Of a stretch of DNA of 32,000 nt, positions 24,477 through 32,000 are shown piece by piece. Position 1 is the stretch's first letter; every line of letters starts with the position of its first letter. A program made the translations under genes and the position numbers. The notes below the pieces were generated by a model. The model searched no databases. It was not told where the DNA came from and was given only the letters and a program-made list of their open reading frames with translations. This DNA is from Nitratidesulfovibrio vulgaris str. Hildenborough (GTDB taxonomy: Bacteria; Desulfobacterota; Desulfovibrionia; Desulfovibrionales; Desulfovibrionaceae), in the NCBI RefSeq assembly GCF_000195755.1, contig NC_002937.3:1590001-1622000 (forward strand), read 5' to 3'.

Positions 24477-27400
24477 CTATGAGGTGGACACGATGGTCTG
24501 CACCATCAGGTGTACCTGTTCTTCATGTCCTGCCGCGTTAACGGTGGCGGCAAAGACATTGTAGGTCATTCCGTCGATGGTCTGCGTGCCCTCGGCCGTC
24601 CACGTTCCGGCGTCGGCAAGGTGGACGGCGTCGGCTTCGGTACCGCTGATGATCAGTTCGCCGCCCATGTGCAGCACGTCGTTGGCCGAGAGATACACCT
24701 CCTGCTTTCCGGCGGCTGTCAGGTCGATGTTCTCCACGCCAGTCACGATGCCTGCCGCGAAGGCGGTGAAGTCGATGATCGTGCCATCACCCTCGACGAG
24801 GATGGTATCAACCCCTTCACCTCCATGCAGTCCGGCGAAGTCGTCACCCGTAATGCGTCCGTCGCCCGTGGTGTCGTGCACGTGCAGGGTGTCGTTGCCG
24901 GTGCCCCCGTCAAGCACGTCATGGCCGTTGCCTCCCCGCAGGATGTCGTCTCCAGCGTTGCCGTAGAGGTGGTCGTCGCCATCTGTGCCGGTGATGGTAT
25001 CATCCTGTGCCGAACCGGAAACGACGACTCCAGTCCCATGCTCGCCCGAGGATCCGTCGAAGACGACCCCCTGCACCACGTGCACGTCGAGGTGGGCCGT
25101 ATCGTGGTCTGCGGTGTTGCCGAGGTCGACTGTCTTGAAGGTGAATCTGTCGCCGTCTTCAAGGCCGCTGAAGCTCAGGGTTCCGTCATTGCCGACCACC
25201 CAGCCCGAACCTGCGTGCCCGATACCGGAGGCCGATGTTGTGTCGGCATTGAAGCCAATCCCCTGTGCGTGTGGTGATGGGTCGACGGCCCCGGCAAGGA
25301 GCGCATCATGATGGATAGCCCCGCTTGCCGAAGTGTCGCCTCCATCGCCTGCGAGGGCGAAGAGGCTGACATCGGCGGCCGTGATGTGGGCCGTCGTGTC
25401 GACGATTTCGACGAGGCCGCTGACGGTCACCACGCCGGAGACGGACAGGTTGGCCTTGTTCGACGTGAGGTTGGCATTCTCCACGAACGTGACGGTGATG
25501 CGGTCGGAGATGCTGCTTCCCGCGTTGCTGGTGACGGTGAATATGGTCTTGCCCGCCGCATTCTGGCTGATGGAGACCACTGCCCCGTCGACACGCACGG
25601 AACGCACATCGGCGAAGGATACACCGTTCAGCGTGTAGGTTGTCGTCGCCTTGCCGTCGGGGACGGCGTTGCCGGTGGTCTGGTACGTGATGGAACCGTA
25701 AGTCTCTTCAGCGAACGTCGAAGAGACCGAGACGCCTCCCCGCTGGGTCGCCTCCCCGCCTGACACGGTCACAAGGCCGACCTCCAGCGGGGCATGGGGG
25801 CCCACGATGCCGTCGTCGGCAGTGCGAAACACCACCTTCGCGTCGGATGTCCCGGCGGGGATGGTGAGCGTAAGCCTGCCGTCCTGGCCGATGTCCACCC
25901 CTGTCGTATGGGCGACGAATTCTCCGCCGGGGGTCTTGATCATCAGCACGGCATGTGAACCGGGCACGAGGACAGACGGGTCGAGCACCTTGAGCGTCAC
26001 ATCGAAGTCGGCCACGGCGGTCTTCGTCATGCCGAGATGCACGGCCGCCTCGCCGCCTTCGGGGGCGGTGGCGTAGTCTCCCTTGGTATCAAGGTAGACA
26101 GCAGGGCCGTCGTTGGTGTTGTTCACCGTGACCGTGTGCGTACCCGTGACGGACTGGACTTCCCCCCCCTGCACGCCGGAGACGGAGACGGTGAAACGTT
26201 CGGCCCCCTCCGACTCGTAGTCGTTTCGGGTGACGATGCTGAAGGCCCCGCCGCCAGCACTGCCCTTGGGAACGGTCACGTCGAACTGCCAGCCCACGAC
26301 CCGCCCGCTGGCGTCGGTGATGCGGGTGACGCCGTCGGTGCCCGCCACTCCGTTGCCGATACGCACTCCCTCAAGGTCGGCCTCGGTGAGACCCGGGCCG
26401 AAGTCGACCCTCACCGTGGCGGTGGTGTCCTCTTCGACGGCCTTGTTGAGCGTGAACCTGAAATCCGCCGCCTGACCGTTCTCGTTGATGGTCGTGGACG
26501 AGGCAGGCGTCAGTGACATCGTCGGGCCGTTATCGTGCTCGTGTATGGTCACGACCTCGCTGGTGCCGCTTCCGATGAACCCTGCCGGATAGCCGTTGTA
26601 CGGGTCGTTCGCCACCGGAGTCGCCTTGACGGTGAAGGTACGGTCGCCGTCGCTGACGAAGTCGTCGGGCAACGAGACCCTGATGTCGCTGAACGTTCCG
26701 CCTTGCGGGATGGTCACTGTCGTCGTGAAGGGGACATAGTCCTTTCCCTGCACGCCGGTGCCGGTGAACGTGAGCTGGAAGGTCACCGGGCCGTCGTCGA
26801 GGGAGAGGGGCTGCCCGATGGCATCGTGCAGGCTCACACGGACGGTGAGATGCTCCGCCTGGCCTTCGGTAGCATCGGTGACGGGGGTGCCTGACTGGTC
26901 GAGCACCGTCACCGCGACCTGCGGTCTGTCGTCGTCGGTGATGGTGGTCTGCGCCGAGGTTCCGCTTCCGTCGGCGGCGACGGTGACATTGCCCCCCAGC
27001 CCGGTCAGCAACGTCGTGAAACTCTCGTCGCCTTCTACACCCCTGTCGTCTATGCCTGTCGGAAGTGAGCCGAGGACATGGAGGCTTCCGGCCGGCACGT
27101 TGTCCAGAGGGGCTCCGCTGCCGTCGCAGACGACGGGCTTTACACCACCGCTGCCATCGGGGACGAGCCTGATGGTGAATCTGCCGTCGGTGACGTTGGA
27201 GATGTGTTCCAGCAGGGTGCCGTCGAGCGTGACCGAGACCTCGCCGGAAGAGAAGTCGCTGCCCTTGGTCGCACTGCCGCCGAAGGTCTTCAGGCTGAAT
27301 GTCAGCCCCTGTCCATCGGGAGTGTAGCCGTCGGGGAGTTTGCCCGTCACGGTGTATTCGACCTGTCCGCCGTCTTCGGCGATGGCATCGGAAGCCGTGA

Positions 27401-30400
27401 AGGCCAGCACGACGGGGCCGTGGCCGCTGCCACCGCCACCTATGCCGTGCACGTCGACGAATCTGAACGCGTCGTCGTGCCCCGTTTCACCTCCGGTGCT
27501 TTCCGTTACGCGGATATGGTAGTGCCCCGTCCGGGGCGTCTGCAAGGACAGCGTGCCGGAGGTCTCACCCGCACGGATGACCAGGGTGTGGTCTTCCGTG
27601 CTGCCGTCGCTCAGCACCAGTTGCAGCTTTACCGTGACGTCTTCGTTGACCGGCACGCCGCCACGCAGCCCCACGACGACATCGGATGTGGAACCGGCGG
27701 CCTGTGAGGTCTGCAATGTCGTTATCTCCACCGTGGGGCCGCGCATGTCGTCTGCGATGACGTCTCCCGTGCTCACGGGGTGTGCAGGGTCGTAGACGGC
27801 TTCGCTGCCGTGCATGTCGACGATGGTGATGTTCACGGCGTCGGTCGCGGCATCCTGCCCTGAACCGTCTCCTGCCGTGTCGTGGTCATGGAGGATGTCG
27901 ATGGAGAAGTGGGCCGAAGCCTCTCCTCCACGCACGACGACATAGTAGTTGGCCCCGTCCGGGCGGTGCGCGTAACCGGGCAGTGCGGATGCCTCATCGG
28001 CGGAGTGGATGCCGTTGCCGAGGCGAAAATCCTTGCCGAGCGCGGCGGTATCGAGTTTGAGCCAGACGATGACGTCTTCGGCGGCGACCTGCGTGAGCGC
28101 GATGGTGTACCCTACGGTGTTGGCGGGGGCGTCCGGCGTCCCGTGGGTTCCATCAGGATTGAACGAGACCCCCGTATCGGGTGCCACGGGTTCACGCAGG
28201 ACGGTGTCGGCCCCGAAATGGGCGAGCTTGGGCCCGTCGAGATGTGCGGTATGACCGGGGGCCGTGTCGTCGACGATGGTAACCTGTGCCGTGTCGCGTC
28301 CTGCAAGCCCCATAGCCTCGTGGCCTGTCACCCCGGTGAGGCGCACGGTGAAGGTCTCGTCCGTTTCGGAATTGCGGTCATCGGCGAGGTTGACCGAGAC
28401 TTTGGCCTCCCAGCGCCAGTGTCCGTCCTGCCCCTGCACCCGTATCCATTCGCCGGGGGTGACCCAGCGCGACGTGGCTGCGAAGTAGTCGGCATCCACA
28501 TGGGCCGTGCCGTCGGATGAGGCGAGATAGACCCCTATGTTCTGTATGGGGGGCTCATTGCCCTCGTAGACGTTGCCGTCCCGGTCGTAGAGCACGAGAG
28601 TTATCCTGGCGGCGCCGTCGCTTTCCTGCGCGGAGGTGGGCGATTCGAGGCCGATGCGGAATCCGTCGGACTCTGAACTGTTGCCTTCATCGATGATGGA
28701 GGTGGACACGTTGCGGTTGCCCGAGATGGCCACATCGAACGAAGACGGCGTCCCTTCGGCGGGGCGCAGGTTGCCGAGTTGCAGCGAGTAGCGTTCGCCA
28801 CTGTCGCCCAGCCGGTCGTCGATGGCAGCGACGTGGATGGGCAGGGGGGCGTCCAGAGGGCAACCATCGGAGACGGTGAAGGTGAGTCTGCCATCGGCAC
28901 TCACGTCTGTGACCTTCAGCTTCCCTCCGTAGATGTCATCGAGGGCCTCGTTGAGCGCGCTCTTGAGGGCGGCCTTGCCTGCATCGGTGGTCAGGTCGAG
29001 ATGCATGGGGCGCCAGCCGCCGTTGCCGTCGGGGACGGCCCACGTGACATCGCCTGTCTTCGCCATCGTGTCGTTGTCGGTGGTGTCCCCGTCGAAGAAC
29101 ACTCCCGATGCGCCGACGCTGCTCCCCACCTGCCGGACTCCGGTGATGGTGACGTCGAAACTGAACGCGCCGGATGTGGTCATGCCAGCCACGGGTGCCC
29201 CGTTGGCGTTGTTCCACTGCACGAGATAGGTGGCGATGTCGTGGCTGCCGTCGTTGCTGACGTTCCAGCCGTCACTGCCGCCTGCATTGCCAGCCTGGTT
29301 GACCCGTTGGCCGTGGGCTGCGTCCTCGTACACCTGCGTGTCGCCGGTGAGTGAAAGATGGAGTGCGGGCGCTGGCTTGAGGGCGATGTCGAGTCGTCCT
29401 GTGGCGGTGTCTCCGTCACCGTCCTTCACGGTGTAGTCGACCCTGACCGTGAACGTGCCGTCGATGTCCTGCCCCGGTGCGCGGGTGAAGACATAGCTGC
29501 CGTCGGCGTTCAGGGTGAACGTCCCGGCAGGGACGCCGGTTCCCGGATTCATGACGACGATGGAGTCGCCCGGTACCAGTCCTGAATGGGTTATGCCCCC
29601 GGCGGTGACGGAGAACCCGACCACGCCGCCCCCTTCGGCATAGCCATCGCTTCCGGCGCTGTCGTTGGCGAGCACGTTACCATCCACGCCTGTGGTGCGG
29701 GCCTCGTCGAAGACGACGCTGTCGGGCGCTGTCGTTGGCCCGTCGTCGTGCAGGGTGAGCAATACCGATGAGGAGGCGGTATCGCCTTCGTCGTCGGTCA
29801 CGGTGAACCGGAAGGGCAGGTTGAGAGCCTCATCGGCTGAAGAACCGTCGGGGTGTGCGAGGGCTTCGAACTGGATGAACGATACGGTCGCACTGCCGCT
29901 ACCGGCGAGGTCGTCCGCCACGAGGGTGGCGATGAACGCTACACGCGTCGTTCCGGCATCGTCCACATAGGTTCCCTGCAATACACTGTGACCATCGGCA
30001 GACGTCACGACGCCGACGGTGACGGGATGCCCCCCACGGGATGTCGAGAGTGTCGCACCGCCAAGAGGCTGGCTTGCGTCCCATGCGATGCCGGCGAGAG
30101 GCGATGCGACGGGGGTTGCGTCGTTCACTCCGTCGGAGTGCAGGTCGAAACGCACCTGCCCCGTCGTGGCTGACAGGGCATCGTCGGCAGAGAGGCCGAA
30201 CCCGGTCATGATGCCAAGGACAGTGGCGGAGAGGCCCGCAGCAGCGACATCACCGGTCTGGAGGCCGGGCGTCTCGTCAACTTCGAGGTGCGCGGCGTGT
30301 CCCGGAACGTCTGCCGAGGTTTCGATAACCGGCCTGTCTTCAGTGCGGGAGACCGTGATGGTGGTGGTCGTCTCTGCACGGTTGTTGCCCGTGGTCAACT

Positions 30401-31793
30401 CGCCGTCAGTGGCGGAAGACTCTTCGGCGATGGCTGCCACGGTGATGGTCGTGCCCGAGGCCCCGTCGGGGCGGGGTGTGCCGTCGCCGTGGCGCGTGTC
30501 AGACCAGTCGCGGGTGGCGAAGGTGAGGTCGGCCTCCACTGCCCACGAATCGCCGGAGTTGACTCCGCCGGCATGTGCCGTGGTATCGCCCGTGACCTCG
30601 ATGCAGAGCGTGTATGTGGTGTTCTCTCCCAGTGCATGGGCGGGCGTGGCGATGGGCAGATGTGTCGCAGGGTCGACGATGATCCAGCCTTGCGGCAGGG
30701 TGCCTCCGAGAACCCAGTCGGTCGGGATGTCGCGGACTTCGATGAAGTGGCGCTCCGACCCGTCGAGGTCGGTGAACGTCCCGGACACGTGGATGGCGAC
30801 GGGCGTCTCCTCTGTCGCTACGGGGGTGGGGGTCTCTGCTTCGAGTACGGGCCTGTCGGCAACGGCGTCCACGACCAGTTGCACGGTGGTGGAGAGCGTG
30901 TCCGTGAGACCGGAATCGGGGTCGGTGATGACGGCGTTCGCCGTGAGGGTCATGTCCCGTGAACTGTCTTCGGGCGGGCGGATGAAGATGCCTTCGGCAA
31001 GCTGCCCCGGGGTCAGGGTGACGGACTGGTCGGGTGCGGTGATGACGATGAGCGCACCGCCGAATGACGGGTCGCCGATGCTGAGGCTGGTGCCCACATC
31101 GAACCCGGACAGCGTCAGGCTGACCAGTTCTTCGTTGTCTGCGGGCGTGAAGGCGACATCAAGCTGTATGGGCGTCGTGGTCGCATCGCCGAGGTGTTGC
31201 CCCGGCTGGTTGTCCTCGAAACCGCCCAGAGTGCCGGATATCGTGCCATCCGGCAGAGTCGTATTGATGGTGATGGAGAGTGCGCCCCCGGCAGGGTCGA
31301 TCACGCCTTCGTCCTCGATGCGTGGTTCTGTCGTCCTGTCCCAGTATGTGGTCGTCAGGGGGTCGAGTCTGTCGACAGAGTCGACGAGTCGTCCGGCATC
31401 GTCGTCGTACTCGCCCACGCCGCCACCGGCACCGCTGCCACCGCCGGCACCCGGCCCCGCAGCGGGGAGCAATTCTGCGTCTATGGCTGCCAGAAAGTCG
31501 TATCCCGGGAAGGAGGTGCCGTCAGGAAGAATGAAGTCGGGCAGTTCTGCTCCGTCAGTCACCGTATAGAATCCGTCTAGAACGAGTCTTGCCCCATCAG
31601 GGAAGTTGAATACGAGCGCATCGCCCTCTCGCTCAATGGTCGCGGCATCAGTCGGAAAATCAAGCAGGATGCGTGCAGCCCCGGCGACACTGTGATGTTG
31701 CTCGACAGTCCTTGCGGGCACAGACAGTGTGATGGTGTTTCCATTATCCGCAGCGGCCTGATGCAGGGGGGATTGAGGGCGGATGTTGCTCAT
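24477..31793 (-). CDS. Giant (2438-aa) type I secretion substrate: LapA/BapA-like adhesin with T1SS-143-type and Calx-beta-like repeats, RTX nonapeptides and a C-terminal secretion domain
   Basis: - It is a single uninterrupted ORF.
- The N-terminus (ILLDFPTDAATIEREGDALVFNFPDGARLVLDGFYT...LPDFILPDGTSFPGYDFLAAI) resembles the BapA-prefix/retention module and is followed by PAAG and a Gly-rich linker.
- Repeated xTVxDxDGDTA motifs occur (FRFTVTDDEGDTASS, DYTVKDGDGDTATG).
- Many ~100-aa units end in Calx-beta-like strands (ETFTVRLTGV, ESFTTLLTGL, RTFTVKATPV, ERFTVSVSGV).
- RTX repeats GTDGDDHLYGNAGDDILRGGNGHDVLDGGTGNDTL lie at nt ~24870-24989.
- The C-terminal ~130 aa resemble the VCA0849-type T1SS target domain (IDFTAF...VENIDL...LSANDVL...ISG...D.V.L...W...G...DG..Y.V). 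Confidence 0.95.
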   Translation of the reverse strand: MSNIRPQSPLHQAAADNGNTITLSVPARTVEQHHSVAGAARILLDFPTDAATIEREGDALVFNFPDGARLVLDGFYTVTDGAELPDFILPDGTSFPGYDFLAAIDAELLPAAGPGAGGGSGAGGGVGEYDDDAGRLVDSVDRLDPLTTTYWDRTTEPRIEDEGVIDPAGGALSITINTTLPDGTISGTLGGFEDNQPGQHLGDATTTPIQLDVAFTPADNEELVSLTLSGFDVGTSLSIGDPSFGGALIVITAPDQSVTLTPGQLAEGIFIRPPEDSSRDMTLTANAVITDPDSGLTDTLSTTVQLVVDAVADRPVLEAETPTPVATEETPVAIHVSGTFTDLDGSERHFIEVRDIPTDWVLGGTLPQGWIIVDPATHLPIATPAHALGENTTYTLCIEVTGDTTAHAGGVNSGDSWAVEADLTFATRDWSDTRHGDGTPRPDGASGTTITVAAIAEESSATDGELTTGNNRAETTTTITVSRTEDRPVIETSADVPGHAAHLEVDETPGLQTGDVAAAGLSATVLGIMTGFGLSADDALSATTGQVRFDLHSDGVNDATPVASPLAGIAWDASQPLGGATLSTSRGGHPVTVGVVTSADGHSVLQGTYVDDAGTTRVAFIATLVADDLAGSGSATVSFIQFEALAHPDGSSADEALNLPFRFTVTDDEGDTASSSVLLTLHDDGPTTAPDSVVFDEARTTGVDGNVLANDSAGSDGYAEGGGVVGFSVTAGGITHSGLVPGDSIVVMNPGTGVPAGTFTLNADGSYVFTRAPGQDIDGTFTVRVDYTVKDGDGDTATGRLDIALKPAPALHLSLTGDTQVYEDAAHGQRVNQAGNAGGSDGWNVSNDGSHDIATYLVQWNNANGAPVAGMTTSGAFSFDVTITGVRQVGSSVGASGVFFDGDTTDNDTMAKTGDVTWAVPDGNGGWRPMHLDLTTDAGKAALKSALNEALDDIYGGKLKVTDVSADGRLTFTVSDGCPLDAPLPIHVAAIDDRLGDSGERYSLQLGNLRPAEGTPSSFDVAISGNRNVSTSIIDEGNSSESDGFRIGLESPTSAQESDGAARITLVLYDRDGNVYEGNEPPIQNIGVYLASSDGTAHVDADYFAATSRWVTPGEWIRVQGQDGHWRWEAKVSVNLADDRNSETDETFTVRLTGVTGHEAMGLAGRDTAQVTIVDDTAPGHTAHLDGPKLAHFGADTVLREPVAPDTGVSFNPDGTHGTPDAPANTVGYTIALTQVAAEDVIVWLKLDTAALGKDFRLGNGIHSADEASALPGYAHRPDGANYYVVVRGGEASAHFSIDILHDHDTAGDGSGQDAATDAVNITIVDMHGSEAVYDPAHPVSTGDVIADDMRGPTVEITTLQTSQAAGSTSDVVVGLRGGVPVNEDVTVKLQLVLSDGSTEDHTLVIRAGETSGTLSLQTPRTGHYHIRVTESTGGETGHDDAFRFVDVHGIGGGGSGHGPVVLAFTASDAIAEDGGQVEYTVTGKLPDGYTPDGQGLTFSLKTFGGSATKGSDFSSGEVSVTLDGTLLEHISNVTDGRFTIRLVPDGSGGVKPVVCDGSGAPLDNVPAGSLHVLGSLPTGIDDRGVEGDESFTTLLTGLGGNVTVAADGSGTSAQTTITDDDRPQVAVTVLDQSGTPVTDATEGQAEHLTVRVSLHDAIGQPLSLDDGPVTFQLTFTGTGVQGKDYVPFTTTVTIPQGGTFSDIRVSLPDDFVSDGDRTFTVKATPVANDPYNGYPAGFIGSGTSEVVTIHEHDNGPTMSLTPASSTTINENGQAADFRFTLNKAVEEDTTATVRVDFGPGLTEADLEGVRIGNGVAGTDGVTRITDASGRVVGWQFDVTVPKGSAGGGAFSIVTRNDYESEGAERFTVSVSGVQGGEVQSVTGTHTVTVNNTNDGPAVYLDTKGDYATAPEGGEAAVHLGMTKTAVADFDVTLKVLDPSVLVPGSHAVLMIKTPGGEFVAHTTGVDIGQDGRLTLTIPAGTSDAKVVFRTADDGIVGPHAPLEVGLVTVSGGEATQRGGVSVSSTFAEETYGSITYQTTGNAVPDGKATTTYTLNGVSFADVRSVRVDGAVVSISQNAAGKTIFTVTSNAGSSISDRITVTFVENANLTSNKANLSVSGVVTVSGLVEIVDTTAHITAADVSLFALAGDGGDTSASGAIHHDALLAGAVDPSPHAQGIGFNADTTSASGIGHAGSGWVVGNDGTLSFSGLEDGDRFTFKTVDLGNTADHDTAHLDVHVVQGVVFDGSSGEHGTGVVVSGSAQDDTITGTDGDDHLYGNAGDDILRGGNGHDVLDGGTGNDTLHVHDTTGDGRITGDDFAGLHGGEGVDTILVEGDGTIIDFTAFAAGIVTGVENIDLTAAGKQEVYLSANDVLHMGGELIISGTEADAVHLADAGTWTAEGTQTIDGMTYNVFAATVNAAGHEEQVHLMVQTIVSTS

Positions 31794-31931
31794 GGGTTTT
31801 CCGTTATTTTGTTTTGTGTGAGCTTCTCTGTGTCAGTGTCAAAGCGCATTTCCGGAACTGTGCAGGGTATCACCATGGTGTTCTGCAAGAGGATTGAAAT
31901 ATGCATGGTGAGAGCCTTGTTTCAACACTGC

Positions 31932-31960
31932 GATATAAATGCAGCTGACAATTGTGGCAA
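31932..31960 (-). promoter_or_regulatory. Sigma70-like promoter candidate for the adhesin gene
   Basis: The minus strand reads TTGCCA (31960-31955), a 17-nt spacer, then TATATC (31937-31932), in an AT-rich region ~140 nt upstream of the ATG. This is a pattern match only. A perfect TTGACA at 31842-31837 lacks a convincing -10. Confidence 0.25.
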
Positions 31961-32000
31961 TGCAATTGGTGGATGGCGTAGTGAAATACGGCATGGGAGT

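Noticed and set aside
30019-31569. 516-aa + strand ORF antisense to the adhesin gene. The same class of long antisense ORFs includes 7988-9655(-), 12105-13487(-), 13762-14967(-), 15714-16919(+), 21727-22605(+), 3093-4157(-) and 7012-8142(+).
   Set aside because: All lie opposite genes with clear family motifs. Their translations are Arg/Ala/Gly/Pro/Ser-rich low-complexity strings with no motifs or SD sequences. Long stop-free antisense frames are expected in >60% GC DNA.
31794-31935. Possible c-di-GMP (GEMM) riboswitch in the adhesin leader, as found before some giant adhesin genes.
   Set aside because: I could not find the conserved GEMM-I/II core sequences or paired helices by eye. An Rfam scan is needed before any claim.
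31839-31994. 51-codon minus-strand ORF (MPYFTTPSTNCIATIVSCIYIAVLKQGSHH...) just upstream of the adhesin gene.
   Set aside because: It lies in AT-rich promoter-like DNA, its codon usage is unlike the host, and no SD is visible (the upstream sequence is cut by the window edge). It is more likely untranslated leader or promoter sequence.
1-32000. A search for CRISPR arrays, IS elements or transposases, rRNA, reverse transcriptases or long tandem DNA repeats.
   Set aside because: I saw no regularly spaced direct repeats, terminal inverted repeats with a transposase ORF, or RT/Cas-like motifs. The adhesin repeats are diverged at the DNA level rather than tandem identical units.

Overview
This is a 32-kb stretch of a high-GC bacterial chromosome (roughly 60-65% by eye). 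The gene set (split YeeE/YedE pair, GlpX, PurU, HrpB, MscK-like channel, a 2438-aa Calx-beta/RTX protein) looks like a Desulfovibrio-type sulfate reducer. It reminds me of the D. vulgaris Hildenborough DVU1545 neighbourhood, but that is recollection, not a search.

The window falls into three blocks:
- Block 1 (nt 1-6078) is the integrase end of an integrative island next to tRNA-Ser(CGA). It holds a P4-type tyrosine integrase, an AlpA-like regulator and a tightly packed four-gene phage-like cassette: an unknown 98-aa protein, a RecT/ERF-like candidate, a DUF1351-like protein and a double zinc-ribbon/coiled-coil protein. At the far left is a ~40% GC cassette with two small overlapping ORFs that runs off the window.
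- Block 2 (nt 6.1-24.3 kb) is ordinary housekeeping: tadA, a LOG-family gene, a beta-CASP MBL nuclease, rsmD-coaD-miaA, a YeeE/YedE pair, mltC-like, Skp-like, glpX, purU, hrpB and an MscK-like channel, plus three small orphan genes.
- Block 3 (nt 24477-31793) is one giant type-I-secreted adhesin with an N-terminal retention-like module, a PAAG dialanine site, T1SS-143/Calx-beta repeats, RTX nonapeptides and a C-terminal secretion domain. No transporter genes are in view.

I recognised no rRNA, CRISPR array, transposase or known defence-enzyme domain. The best candidates for something undescribed are the island cargo (the AT-rich cassette at 1-440 and the cassette at 849-4130). Next come the island's regulatory DNA: a 12-mer repeated five times around the int start, a 13-bp perfect nested inverted repeat upstream of alpA, and an operator-like inverted repeat around a promoter-like site at 388-438. 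None of these functions can be proven from sequence alone. Many long ORFs in the supplied track lie antisense to real genes and are high-GC artefacts.
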